Assembly (NCBI GenBank): GCA_964016885.1
Contig: OZ024741.1
Location: forward strand, 97,526,001-97,590,000
Reading direction: 5' to 3'
Length of the DNA stretch: 64,000 nt
Source: Eledone cirrhosa
Lineage: Eukaryota
Shown: positions 41,101 through 53,600 of the stretch, piece after piece
Layout: the number at the start of each line of letters is the position of its first letter
Numbering within the stretch: the stretch's first letter is position 1
Notes under the pieces: model-generated
Database searches by the model: none
Told to the model about the DNA's origin: nothing
Seen by the model: only the letters and a program-made list of their open reading frames with translations
Program-made: the position numbers and the translations under genes

Positions 41101-41609
41101 CTGAGCAGGTTGGTGAGGCTCTTGCACCCTCCACCCCTATCCGCTAATCCCACACAGTCCCAGCGTGCATCTAAGATCCCGTTCCAGTCGCCCACTAACA
41201 CTAAAGAGCGGGACGTTCCAAGAAAGGTCTCCAGACGCCGGAAGAAATCAGGCCGCCCTGCTCCTGTCGGGGCATAGACGGCCACTAGCCTGAAAGCTTG
41301 CCCTTCTCCGCTGGTCACGTCCAGCACCACCAGCTTACCCTCTGGGTCCAGGAAGATGGCCCGTATGGCGAGATCCAAACCTCTACGAAAAAGCACAGCA
41401 ACTCCTCCACCCGATCCAGGGCGGCTGGGAATTGCGTACACATCGTAGCCGCCGAAGATCGGTGCGAAGGCCCGTGCTTCGGAGATTCTGGTCTCGCTGA
41501 TGGCCACTACATCTATGTTTAGTGACCTGAGGTCGTTGAGCAGGTGACCCTGCTTCCATGACGACCCCAAGCCACGCGCATTTATGCTGCCTATTCTGAG
41601 TGAGGTCAA
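38190..41609 (-). CDS. Tx1 ORF2: apurinic-like endonuclease, reverse transcriptase and C-terminal zinc finger (1139 aa)
   Basis: SINARGL, VVAISET, VGDWN, SYLDR, YTDH (APE); KSPGLDG, DQSKAFDRVDH, VRQG, YADD, KLLG (RT); CPRC..ETVLHALVQC. The start codon is TTG where the paralogue at 47666 has ATG. Confidence 0.96.
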   Translation of the reverse strand: MTSLRIGSINARGLGSSWKQGHLLNDLRSLNIDVVAISETRISEARAFAPIFGGYDVYAIPSRPGSGGGVAVLFRRGLDLAIRAIFLDPEGKLVVLDVTSGEGQAFRLVAVYAPTGAGRPDFFRRLETFLGTSRSLVLVGDWNGILDARWDCVGLADRGGGCKSLTNLLRRFELSDRYRLDFPNVPMWTWTNRIGSSRSYLDRVFCREIDTSSIGCPQFKIVSYTDHKFVICVVDLDRLHRRGPGYWKLNASLPARKAYRDRISELVKRALTGAIVNNKWWFALKRAIRIESIRFSKALAIEKNRAEGELVRKLDEALSKGIATDVLAAKLALDQFFNAKHEGCVVRARVRALRHEGTKAVQWARVAEARRGNKATIRSLVDHDGRMLLDPGQMCEAFQRHFAQLFGGSGGPGRGMDFSVYLDGLPRLSATEAKCCEKPITASEVREAMTGCTRGKSPGLDGLPYELYVQMPDLFGGLLADVYCNWQQNGRIPSSVSRGAVALLRKDPNKGDNIDNFWPITLLNTEFNILAKVLAKRLALVVGGLVGEAHTCAIPDRSIHDNLHLMRYIIERVAKEPGTGGSLNNLDQSKAFDRVDHRYLAAVLRAAGFGPVFRGWIAAMHSDICSVVRVNGHLSEPFNIMRSVRQGCLLSSLLYVLTLEPLLHKLETLRGVPRELGCGRSVSAYADDVTVVVSNAKHIEAIGTTLREYEAVTGAMINQEKSVGLQLRTWRGRSMPSNNVVGRWTDGPVKLLGVWFGPDLQTDKNWDEVTSRVVSNTQKWAERKLSLKGRAEVANAYIASVICYRLTVVPCPKPRLTALERLLFRFLWKGRAPMVRRSICCQHPLRGGLGMPWLMMRRHALRLRHLHLFLDGDQVWSPFARHVFPQLVSLTELQSWVKRRPRGSAWRLECLQALTALDQSGNVIGGNSTSAFYRGLVEGKSDDVLGETLGVDENQLANLFGRTFGLGPMDNFQKSLAWQCYRGALPVRDKLYRHGGAVSRACPRCAQGDETVLHALVQCPKIADLWVYVEHLLSRLGRIRLSSESIVRIAPPSSFSREGQAVFICLVAMAKEIVWWTRLKGLKTSTFLFGDALIDFFKFHLKRKIRVEREVLSSQHFVERWVREARMARVNGTTLSIYL

Positions 41610-41644
41610 GTTTAAAATAGAGTGGAAAAGATGGGAAAGACCAC

Positions 41645-43761
41645 TTACCGTACTTTTGGTAGAGGAGGGATGGTTTTTACATCCCTTTTCATTTGATCGT
41701 CTGGTGAAGGGACCGTTGAATCGTCCCTTCGGCTGGTCGTCGGCTCTTCTAAGAAAATGTCTAAATATACTCTTCGATTGATGTTTCCTCCTAGGTCCCT
41801 GAAATCACCAACTGCGTTGGGGAATTTCGTTTTAATGTTTGTGTATTGTTTCTGTGCTATTTTTAGCAGTCTTATGTTAGTTGGCGTTTTGATTGGTGCT
41901 GGTATTATGTAGTCCTGTTGTGAAATGTGTGTGTGTTCAATTATGTAAGTCATTAGTTTCTTGTTGTGTGTATTTATTGCCGTGCATTTGTTTTTCTGGG
42001 GGTGGGGTGTGGTTCCGCTATTTTCTTGTCGTTGTTGCTGGGTGTGTGTGTTTTGTTGTTGTGTTTGCGATGTTGGTGCTTGTGGTGGTGGTGTTGAAGG
42101 TGTTGTTGGCGGTGGGGTTGTCGCCGGTGGTGATGGTGGTGCTAGTGTGGGTGGTGATGGTGTTGGTGGTGTTGCTGCTGTGGGTCTCTTTGCAGTAGAC
42201 TTTACCCTTTTCTCATTTCTTTCCTCCCTTTTCAAAGGCGACGTTGCGCTGCTTCTGCGTTTGTGCCTTCTTACGACCTTTTGCCATCCCTCTCCCACCT
42301 CACACTCCATGTCTGATTCTGTGAGGTCGGGGAGGGGTACCAGCTCCACTCTTTCACTTGTTGTTGTTGGTGATGTTTGCACTGGAGTCTCTGTTGCAGC
42401 TGCATTTGGTATTGCTGTTGTTGTTGTTAATATTTCCACTGCTGCTGCTGTTTTTGATTTCCGTGGCGTGGGTATGGGTGTCACGGACCTATCGTTCCTG
42501 GTTGCAGCTTGTCCTGTTGCTGGTAGCCGTGGAGCCGGATTCGGAAGGAGGGGGGGGGGGTTCTCCTTTCTCAGGGTCTTCTCGTTGCAGAAGGCCCTGA
42601 GGTGAGTCTTCGATCCACAGCGAAAGCATTTCGGGCGTTTGCCCTCAACACTTATGGGCAGTTGAGTGCCGTTATCGAAGTCTATCACATCCGGGATAGC
42701 TTCGATGCACTCCTGGTTGGTTTGGATTAGCATCTCAATGGAGGTGCCGACCCAATCTTCTCTTACTTTTTTCTGTACTTGCAGTACAGTTGTTTTGTCC
42801 TCGATTCCGACGAGGACAGACGCGGCCAACCAAGAAGGAGCCATTCCGGGGGGGGGGGGGGGGGGACGTGGGTCAGTTTGACCCTCGCAATTTTTTGCCC
42901 GCAGTAGGAGGGCACCAACACCATTTCCTCGCTCCTTAGGGTCACTACGGATTGGGCCTTTGCCTCCTGGGGTGTGGCAAAAAGTACGTCTACAGTGGCA
43001 TATTTTTGGCCTCGGGTGATGTGCGTTTTCCGCTGCCACACAGACCCCAAGGCTTTTTGTATTTGGGCCTCTGTGGCTCTTTCCACCCTACGGGATTTTG
43101 TACATACTGTAAGGTACGTGACCGTACAGTGCTGTTGGGTTTCGAAAACATTTTCCGCTGCCTTGCAGATTGCTCGGTGTCCATTCTTTGTCACCATCTT
43201 CTTCGCTTCCTCTAATTCCTCATTTGTTATGAGGATTGTTTCCAAGTTTTTCGCAATACCTGCAAATGAGATTGGTTTTTCTTTGCTGCTGTTGTTGTTG
43301 TTGTCGTCAGAGCTGCTGTTACTTTTGTTGTTGCTGCAGGTACTACGACTACTGCCTTCGCCGCTGTTGCTGTGGTTGTTGTTGGTGTTGCTGCTGCTAA
43401 TGCTGTTGTTGTTTATGCTGCTGGTGATGCTGTTGCGGCTGCTACTGTTGTTTTCATTGTCACTGTTGCAGTTGTTATTACGGCTGCTACTGCTATTATT
43501 CCTGACGTCAGACGAATGAACTGGGTTTTCGTATTTCCCGCACACCTGTTTCGTCTCTGTCGTCGCCGTCGTGGAGAAACCTTGCACGCTTTGCACGAGA
43601 CTTTTCTTTTCTTTCGTCACTTGCGAAAGAGAAGGGAGGGAGAGAGACACATTTAAAGAAGGGAGGGCGAGAGACAATCTTCTCTCTGCTGTAGTGATGA
43701 TTGAGGAAGCAGAAGACGGAATGAGTGGGAGTGACCTATGAAATTTCTTTTTCATAGCCAT
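41645..43761 (-). pseudogene. Tx1 family C ORF1 (nucleic-acid-binding, single CCHC knuckle), one frameshift in a G-run near 42848-42865
   Basis: ORFs 42763-43761 and 41645-43039 join at the homopolymer; CFRCGSKTHLRAFC; homologous to the ORF1s of B and D. Confidence 0.88.
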
Positions 43762-44000
43762 GTTGTTGTTTTATTGGTTAAAATAAATATTGGGTACAAA
43801 ACCCCAATAAGCAGCTATTTAACCCCGAAGGGCCAAATAACGGGCAGAAAGACCCCTCTCACGAGGAGGAGGGTGTTTTTATCTACAAATTCGTTAAAGT
43901 TTTAAACAATTTTCAATTGTTATAGTGTTCAAAATGTTCAATACCTTACAGAGCCGAGCCACCGTCAAAAATAGCATTCAATAATAATAATAATAATAAT

Positions 44001-47000
44001 GTTTTCTTTATTAACCACAAGGGTTTACATAAAGTAGACATTAAGGACAGTACAGGACAATACAGGACGGTACAAATGGGCATTTCTGCGTGTAAAAAAA
44101 ACAGACGATGAAATAAAATAACAAGGAAAAATTCCCCAATAGGGGGGAGACTTCCGAGGGACATTTGTCGAGAAAGCCCATTAAAAGACTACAGTGGCCC
44201 TGACCACCAGGGCAAGTGCCCTCTCCCAGTTTTCCACCTTTAATTTACAGACACATACTCAGAGAAGGCCCATTCATTCGGGCCATACTTGCTTCTCTCA
44301 CCCATCTTTCAACAAAATGCTGGGAAGAGAGCACTTCCCTCTCTACCCTGATTTTCCTTTTCAGATGAAATTTGAAAAAGTTAATCAGGGCATCACCGAA
44401 GAGGTAAGTGCTCGTCTTCAGCCCTTTCAAACGTGTCCACCATACTATCTCTTTCGCCATGGCCACCAGACAGATAAAAACTGCCTGCCCTTCCCGGCTA
44501 AAGGAAGAGGGCGGGGCAATCATCACGATGGTCTCAGCTGATATCTGGATCCGTCCTACACGTGACAGCAGGTGTTCGACATAAACCCACAAGTCAGCAA
44601 TGCTCGGACACTGAACGAGTGCGTGCAGGACGGTTTCGTCGCCCTGTGCGCATCTCATCTCGGACATGCCCGGCTGACGGCACCTCCATGCATGTAGAGT
44701 TTATCCCGAACTGGCAAAGCACCCCGGTAGAAATGCCAGGCCAGGGATTTCTGGAAATTGTCCATAGGCCCCGGCCCGAAAGTCTTTCCGAAGAGATTGG
44801 CTAGTTGATTTTCGTCGACGCCTAGAGTTTCTCCAAGTACGTCGTCGCTCTTCCCCTCCACTAATCCCCTATAGAACGCCAAGGTGGAGTTTCCACCGAT
44901 CACATTGCCCGATTGGTCGAGGGCTGTGAGCGCCTGAAGACATTCCGGTCTCCAAGCGGTCCCTCTCGGTCTTCACTTGACCCAGGACTGCAGCTCCGTC
45001 AAGGAGACGAGCTGGGGAAAAACGTGTCTAGCAAACGGTGACCACACCTGATCACCGTCGAGGAAGAGGTGGAGATGTCGTAGCCTGAGCGCGTGTCTGC
45101 GCATCATCAGCCACGGCATGCCCAGCCCTCCACGTAGCGGGTGTTGACAGTAGATGGACCGCCTGACCATCGGAGCGCGTCCCTTCCACAAGAAGCGAAA
45201 GAGCAAACGCTCCAGCGCAGTCAGGCGGGGCTTAGGACAAGGTACGACGGTCAGGCGGTAGTAGATGACGGACGCGATGTACGCGTTAGCCATCTCCGCT
45301 CGACCTTTCAGGGATAGCTTCCTCTCGGCCCATTTCTGGGTGAGAAAAGTTACCCTGCTTGTCACCTCGTCCCAGTTTTTGTCCGTCTGGAGGTCCGGAC
45401 CGAACCAGACCCCTAGAAATTTAACCGGTCCGTCCGTCCAGCGCCCGACGACGCTGTTGGACGGCATGGACCTGCCTCTCCAGGTGCCGAGCTGCAGGCC
45501 CACTGACTTTTCCTGGTTGATCATTGCTCCTGTCACCGCTTCGTATTCTCTTAGTGTAGTGCCGATCGCCTCGATATTTTTGGCGTTCGACACCACTACG
45601 GTGACATCGTCGGTATATGCTGACACGGATCTTCCGCATCCTAGTTCGCGCGGGACCCCCCTCAACGTCTCCAGTTTGTGCAGCAATGGCTCGAGAGTCA
45701 ATACGTACAATAGGGACGAGAGGGGACATCCTTGGCGGACCGAGCGCATGATGTTGAACGGTTCCGAAAGGTGACCGTTCACTCTCACTACAGAGCAGAT
45801 GTCGCTGTGCATGGCAGCGATCCAGCCTCTGAAGACGGGCCCAAAGCCAGCCGCCCTCAGGACTGCCGCTAGGTAACGATGGTCGACCCTATCGAAAGCT
45901 TTCGACTGATCTAAATTGATCAAAGACCCACCCGTGCCAGGTTCCCTAGCTACCCTCTCTACGATGTATCGCATGAGGTGGAGGTTGTCGTGGATGGATC
46001 TGTCGGGAATGGCGCATGTCTGTGCCTCTCCCACCAGACCACCAACGACAAGCGCCAACCTCTTTGCTAGCACCTTGGCCAAAATCTTGAACTCTGTGTT
46101 TAGCAGAGTTATGGGCCTAAAATTATCTGTTATCCCCCTTGTTCGGATCCTTTCTCAGCAGCGCCACCGCTCCTCGGCTCACAGAGCTGGGAATTCTCCC
46201 GTTCTGTTGCCAGTTGCAGTAGACGTCCGCCAAGAGGCCTCCGAACAAGTCTGGCATTTGTACGTAAAGTTCATAGGGCAGACCATCCAAACCAGGCGAT
46301 TTACACCTTGTGCAACTAGTCATTGCATCCCGTACTTCAGCGGTTGTTATCGGCTTTTCGAAACACTCCGCCTCAGTGGCCGAAAGCCGCGGCAGTCCGT
46401 CGAGGTAGACAAAAAAGTCCATCCCTCGATCCGGCCCGCCACTTCCCCCGAACAGTTGAGCGAAGTGTCGCTGAAAAGCTTCACACATTTGCCCGGGATC
46501 GAGTAGCATGCGCCCGTCGTGGTCCACCAAAGACCGGATCGTGGCTTTGTTGCCACGACGCGCCTCCGCCACTCGGGCCCATTGAACGGCTTTCGTCCCC
46601 TCGTGTCTGAGAGCACACACCCTAGCTCTGACAATGCAGCCTTCGTGCTTTGCATTGAAGAATTGGTCAAGGGCCAATTTCGCCGCAAGCACGTCGGTCG
46701 CGATGCCTTTGCTAAGCGCCTCATCTAATTTTCTAACTAATTCTCCCTCTGCTCTATTTTTCTCTATTGCTAAAGTCTTACTAAACCTAATGGACTCTAT
46801 TCTAATTGCTCTTTTCAGAGCAAACCACCACTTGTTGTTGACGATGGCCCCGTCAACGCCCGCTTAACTAGTTCGCTAATCCGGTCTCTGTAGGCCTTGC
46901 GCGCTGGTAAGGACGCGTTTAGCTTCCAGTAGCCGGGTCCTCGTCTATGAAGCCTATCTAAGTCAAGCACACAGATCACAAATTTGTGGTCCGTGTAGCT

Positions 47001-49901
47001 GACTATCTTGAATTGTGGACAGCCTATGCTAGACCTATCTATTTCCCTACAAAATACTCTATCTAGATATGATCTGGATGACCCTATGCGATTTGTCCAA
47101 GTCCACATTGGTACATTCGGGAAATCAATTCGGTACTTGTCAGACAGTTCAAAACGTCTGATCAGGTTGGTGAGACTCTTGCACCCTCCTTCCCTATCCA
47201 CTGATCCCACACAATCCCAGCGTGCATCTAAGATCCCGTTCCAGTCGCCCACTAACACTAAAGAGCGGGACGTTCCAAGAAAGGTCTCCAGACGCCGGAA
47301 GAAATCAGGCCGCCCTGCTCCTGTCGGGGCATAGACGGCCACTAACCTGAAAGCTTGCCCGTCTCCGCTGGTCACGTCCAGCACCACCAACTTACCTTCT
47401 GGGTCCAGGACGATGGCCCGTATGGCAAGATCCAAACCTCTCCGAAAAAGCACAGCAACTTCTCCCCCCGATCCCGGACGGCTGGGAGATGCGTACACAT
47501 CGTAGCCGCCGAAGATCGGTGCGAAAGCCTGTGCTTCGGAGATTCTGGTCTCGCAGATGGCCACTACATCTATGTTTAGTGACCTGAGGTCGTTGAGCAG
47601 GTGGCCCTGCTTCCATGACGACCCCAAGCCACGCGCATTTATGCTGCCTATTCTGAGTGAGGTCATGTTGAAAAGGAGTGGACGAGATGGGAAAGACCAC
47701 TTACCTTACTTCTCGTAGGGGAAGGACGGTTTTTCCATCCTTTTCACTGCTTGTGGCCTCCTCAGGTAGGATGTCCTTATAAATCCTCCTGGAGAGTGCT
47801 TGTCGGAAGTCTCCGATGTCTTTGGGGAATTTTTTTTTTAGTGTCATGTACGTTTTCTGTGTGATGCGAGTGATTTGTATGTGTGGAGTTGGTGTGAATT
47901 TTGGGGTTGTTGTGTAGTCTTTTTCTGTGATGCTGGTGTTGTGTTGGATGTAGTGTAATAATTGCTTGTTGTTCAAATTTAATGCTGTGTAGTGTGTATC
48001 GTTTTGGTTGTTTTGTTTTGTTTGCGTTTGTTTTGGGTTTGTTTCTGTTTCGCATTTTGGTGACTTTTGTGGTGTAGGTGATGGTGGTGTTGGGGTTAAT
48101 GATTGTATGGTGTTGGTGTTTGGGTTGATGGGGTTGGTGATGCTGGTGTGGATGGTGGCATATCTGTCCTAACTTTTTTGTTTCTTAGTTTATTTGTTTC
48201 CCTCTGTATTTTGTTTTTGGAGGGGGAAGGAAGAGAATTTTTTCTTTTTTGGTTTTTTTTTTTTCTTCCGGATATCTTTTCCCACTCCTCGTCGTCACAA
48301 TCTGTCTCCAGTTGTGATAGGCCGGGGAGTGGAAAATCCTCCACAGGCGTTAGTCTTGGTTGTGGCGTGGTGGATGGTGTAGGCGCTGGTGCTAGTTCTG
48401 AAGCGTTGGGTGGTGGTGGTGTTGGTTTTGCTGGTGGTGGTGGTGGTGTTGGTTTTGCTACTGTTGCTGGGGTTGTTGCTGTTATAGTTGCTTCTGTTGT
48501 TGCTGCTACAGTTGTTGCTGCCATCTCTGCTACTGGTGGTGTTGATGGTTGTGTCACTGGGGTGGGTAGGAGAGGTGGCCTCAACCTTTTAGCCTGAGGG
48601 CAGAAAGCCCTTAGGTGGGTTCCTTCACCACAAACGACACACCTAGGTCTTCTGCCCTCGACAATTACCGTGAGGTGGCTGCCGTCAGTGAGGTCTATTA
48701 CCTCTGGGATCTCCTCAATGCTTTTTTGGTCCGCTTGGATCAGGAGCTCCATCCCAGATCCGGACCAGTTCTCCTGCTTTTCTTTTGCTATTGCTATTAT
48801 TTTTGTGTTGGCTTCGATGCCGGCGAGGACGGCCGCTATTAGCCAGGGAATTTCGATGGCCGGTGGAACGTGGGTCACCCTAATCTTTACGAGTCTTTGG
48901 CCACAATAGCTTGGGACGAGTGTGAAGTCGTCACTTCTTAATGGGGCCATGGAGTGTTCTCTAGCCTCATCTGGTGTTTCAAAGAACACGTCCACGGTTC
49001 CATACTTTTGCCCACGTCTGATGTGGGTTTTTCTTGCCCACACATGTCCCAAAGCTTTTTGGATTTGGGACTCGGATGCGCGTTCCACTCGGCGCGATTT
49101 TACATTTATTGTTCGATACGCCACGGTGCATAGGCGCCGATGCTCCATTTTATTAGGTGGGGGGGGGGGCTGACCCTGTACCCATCTTTCTTTACCATTT
49201 GTTTGGCATTTTCTAAATCCTCCTGAGTTACTGTAAATGCTTCGAACTGTTTTGCTACTCTGGGGAAACTGAGGGTGGTTTTTATAACGTCATTTTTGTT
49301 GTTGTTGCTATCGTTATTTGTGTTAATATTAATTTTAGTTTCAGTTGTGGTGGTGGTGACGTCATTCGTCTTTGGTGGGGAAGAGTCCATTTTGCTTGAT
49401 TTCATTTCGACATCACCAGTTAATTAATTTTTTTCTTCTTTTGTTTCTGTTGTCGCGGTGGTAGTGGGGGTGGGGGTTGTCGCGGTGGTGGTGGTGGTGG
49501 AGGCTTTAACACCTGCAGTCATTGGTAATGGCAGGAAATGTATGTCTGCCTGAGACAAATTTAAAATATTGCTACTGCTTATATTTTTTTTAGTGTTGGC
49601 AAACGTAGTAACATTTACAATGGTGGTGTCGGTGTGAGGTGTTAATTTGTGAGGAAGGCTTTCAGCTGCTTGGTGCAGAGGTGAATTAGCCATTTTTTTT
49701 TCAAAGAAATATTTGATAATAATAAAAGTTTAAATTTTGGGCACAAGGCCCCAATCTTTTTGGGTGTCCTTTTCGGAAAACAATGTATGTGCGCTTATAT
49801 ATGCTTAACAATAAACATTTTCCATAAAGGCAATTTTTAACAAACGGAAATAACAAACCTTTGCGGAGCTCACGATGATACGATTTACTACGTAGGTCGC
49901 C
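44001..49901 (-). mobile_element. Tx1/L1-clade element, family D, full-length, few frameshifts
   Basis: ORF1 49693 to 47701 in pieces (CVVCGEGTHLRAFC); ORF2 47666 to 44245 in pieces, very similar to family C ORF2; (AAT)n at 43980-44000 and 49902-49932. Confidence 0.96.
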
Positions 49902-49932
<31 letters not shown>

Positions 49933-50156
49933 GGTGGATAGGAGGTCATGAAATCGCTCCCGTAAGTTTTTGATTTTTAACATATTTAAATCAATCGTGA
50001 AATAACAATTCTTACTACAAATGATACATAACGCACCAGACTCAAGTCTCAGAAAAATTCGGATCCATAATATATTGTTATATCGCTCAAATATTCAATT
50101 TTGTATTATACATTTTATATTCAAAAAAGAAAATGGTTATAAATGGAAGAAAACCC

Positions 50157-50295
50157 CCTCTGTTTACACTATATAGAACAGCCAAATAACAGCAATTTCA
50201 CCAACACCACAAACTAGATACACCACCTACCCCATTACTCCTCTGTTTACACTAAATACAACAGCCAGATAACGGCAATTTCACCACCACCATCA
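50157..50295 (+). repeat. Tandem duplication, period about 80 bp
   Basis: cctctgtttacacta.ata.aacagcca.ataac.gcaatttcacca occurs twice. Confidence 0.8.
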
Positions 50296-50635
50296 CCAAT
50301 CCCAGCATAATAATTATAATTACTATTATTATTGTCTCAAGTTTTCACAAAATGTTTAATTCCAATATTATGAGAATATGTCAACACATATATTAAAGAT
50401 ACGCGACTAACCACATAGATTGACCGACCAAACAAACTACAGTCTATTCAACAAAACTCAGTAACGACAACGCCATCACTATAGTCACCGCCGCTACCTC
50501 TCCATCCATAATTGCTACCACTATCCCATCACCGCCGCCACCACTCCTTCATTGCTACCACCGCTATTCCCCCATTACCTTCTGTTAACTTACGAAGGGG
50601 GAAGGTGGCGGTACCACTAGATAATATTAATAAAC

Positions 50636-53600
50636 AATATTAATATTTAATTTTCCATCAGGAATGTTGGAGTCGAAAAGGAGGAAAATGGCAAAATGAC
50701 TAAATAGCTAAATAGCTAAAGATAATTTCACCACCAACACCACCACCACTACCACGCTAAAAACTCTGGTCAAGTTGCCTCAACCTCTATTTCTACATCA
50801 ACTTCAACACCATCACTACAGTACTATGATCACATCACCACAACCACTGCCTCATTATCGCTACCGCCGCTATTCTCTCCCACTACCTCCTGCTAGGTAC
50901 TACTAGCACAGCACCACCACCACCACCACTGCCTCATTATCAGTACCGCCGCTATTCTCTCCTACTACCTCCTGCTACATCGTAGTGTCCCCACTAAAAG
51001 AGGAAGGCATCAAAATATATAAATAGACTGAATTGATGACCCGGTCAAAAAAAAAAAAAAAATCAAAGCAGCCCAGCAACAACGAAACACATAAAGAAAA
51101 GAAAAAATGAAGAGAAGAACAGACAGACGGACAGAGAAGGGAAGGGAAACACTAAGTCAGACATTCAAACATTACATTACAATGAAACATATGCTTATTC
51201 ATTTTTGGGTTTTTTTTGCCTGTTTGTTTGTTTGTTTATTTATGTTCGTCTACAGCGTGATAATGCCACTAAAAAATCACCGGGAGTGACGAAATCACCG
51301 GAGGTGATGAAATCACCGGTGGTTATGTAAGCATACATTCGCCAATCACTCGATAAGAGTGTTTAAATGTCGAACCTAAACAGTTCGAATAACGGTGTAG
51401 TGGAGACTAGAATGTCATGTGACAGACTCTCACCCAACAGGTGCTCCCTGGCTCAGCAGCAGGGACCTGGCTGTCAACCAAATACTGCTGGTGTCGGAGG
51501 AAGAAGAAGGAGGAAAGGTACCAGAACCAACTGGACGAAAGAATTGAATAGAACTGTTATGCAATGTTACCTGAAGTGTAACCCCAAGGAGAAAGGCTAT
51601 AGGAAACGGATGCATAACATCTGGAACGAGATTGGTCTATTTAATTAGATGAACAAAAATTGGCCGGGCAGACTCGGGTAATAAGAACTAATGGGTGGAT
51701 AAGCGAGCTGGAACTGGAGCAACTGAGCAGAGAGATTAGCTTGGAAATGGAGAGTGGAGTATGCCAGGCAAACGAGCCAGTGGGAAATGAAGGTGAAGAG
51801 GTCGAGAGGACGGAGGAACCATCCGAAGCAGACAATGATCTGAATGCTGAAATAAATAATACCTGGAACACTGAGGAGATGAATGCTGACGGGTAAGGAC
51901 AAGATTTGGTTGATATCCTAAACTTAGTGGTAGATGAATTGAACAATGATAGTGGGAAACCTATGAACCTAAGATTTGTAGACAGGAAAAAGTTAAAAGA
52001 AACAACAGCTAAGGTAAACAAAGTCATCCCATACCTTGAGGCGAGGAGCCTTCACCAGTGCAACAATATCCTCAAAGCAACAGCAAATACGGTGAGGAAA
52101 TTACTTGGTATAAAAGCGAAAGGAAACAACAAACAAGAAAGATCAGAGCCTTGGTCGAAGAAAGACTGAGTGGTCAAATCAGGGAAATGATAAATTACAT
52201 TGGAAAGCTTGAGTCCCTACTGAATGGGACACTAAAACACATAGACACTAAAAATAGGAGGAAAAAGCTAAATATTATCATAGAGGAACTGAAGCAACGC
52301 ATTGTAGCAAAGAGTGCAAAAATCAGGCGATACGAGAACAGAGTCAGTCAGTATAGACAGAACCGCATGTTTGACAACAGCCAGAAGATGCTGTTTGGAC
52401 AGCTTGAAGGGAAAGAAAGAGGCAACGACTTGATCCCTGAGGCGGAACAAACTAAAACATTCTGGAGAGGAATATGGGAGCAGGATGTTAAACTTTATGA
52501 CCAGGCATTGTGGATTGAGACAGTACAGAAGGAGTTAAGTGAACAGGCACACCAACAAACTGATTTGAGTATCACAGTTGAAACTCTTAAGGGGCAGGCC
52601 AAAAAACTAACCAACTGGAAATCACCAGTCCCAGATGGTGTGCAGGGGTATTGGATTAAAAATATAACATCCCTCCACCCGAAACTGACAACCATGTTCA
52701 ATGACTGCTTGATGGCAGGTGAGGTACCAGAGTGGTTGACAAAAGGTACCACAGTTCTGATAATGAAAGACCGAATCAAGGGTAATGATGTTACCAACTA
52801 TAGACCTATCACATGTCTGTCCGTAATGTGGAAACTGTTGACAAGTATTATGTCTGAGGAAATCTACCATCACCTCCACACAAACAACTTGTTACCGGAC
52901 GAACAGAAAGGATGCCGAAAGAAGTCCCGTGGTACAAAGGACCAGTTACTTATCGATAAGATGGTAATGAGGAATTGCAAGAGGAGACACACTGGTCTTG
53001 CCATGGGATGGATAGACTACAAAAAGGCATTTGACATGGTGCCTCATTCTTGGATCACCCAAAGCCTAGAGATCTTCAAGGTGGCAGATAGCATCAGACA
53101 GTTGTTGGGCAAAAGTATGAAGTCCAGGAGAATCCTTGGGAGGCGTGAAGATCAAGAGGGGTATCTTCCAGGGAGATAGTCTGTCCCCTCTGTTGTTTGT
53201 CCTTGCTCTGATGCCCCTGACCAGTATACTGCGAAAAGTGAGAGCAGGATACAAGTTGACAAATGGAGAGCTTACCATCAATCACCTCCTCTTCATGGAC
53301 GATCTTAAGCTCTTCGGGAAGAGTGAGAAGGAGTTGGATGTGCTTGTTGACACTGTCCGTATTTTCAGCAATGATATATGTATGCAATTTGGTATTGGTA
53401 AGTGTGGAGTCCTTGTGATGAAGAGGGGTAAATTGAGCAGAAGTAACGGAATCCAGATACCAACAGGTGAGATGATAAAGGAAATTGACACTGAAGAAGG
53501 ATACAAGTATTTGGGTGTTCTGGAGGCTGGTGACATTAAGAACAAAAAAATGAAGGAATTGATAAGAACTGAATATATTCGGAGAGTAAGGAGCGTATTA

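Larger units (their letters stand above)
37940..43979 (-). mobile_element. Tx1/L1-clade element, family C, full-length and best preserved
   Basis: AAT tracts at 37928-37939 and 43980-44000; ORF1 with one frameshift; uninterrupted ORF2; 3' aacccttgtggttAATAAA. Confidence 0.97.

Noticed and set aside
39205-41277. Recurrent antisense ORFs inside Tx1 ORF2 (e.g. MTDAMYA.., MNCGQPML..)
   Set aside because: They are shadows of a GC-rich coding strand that recur only because the copies are homologous; most start at non-ATG codons and have no independent motifs.
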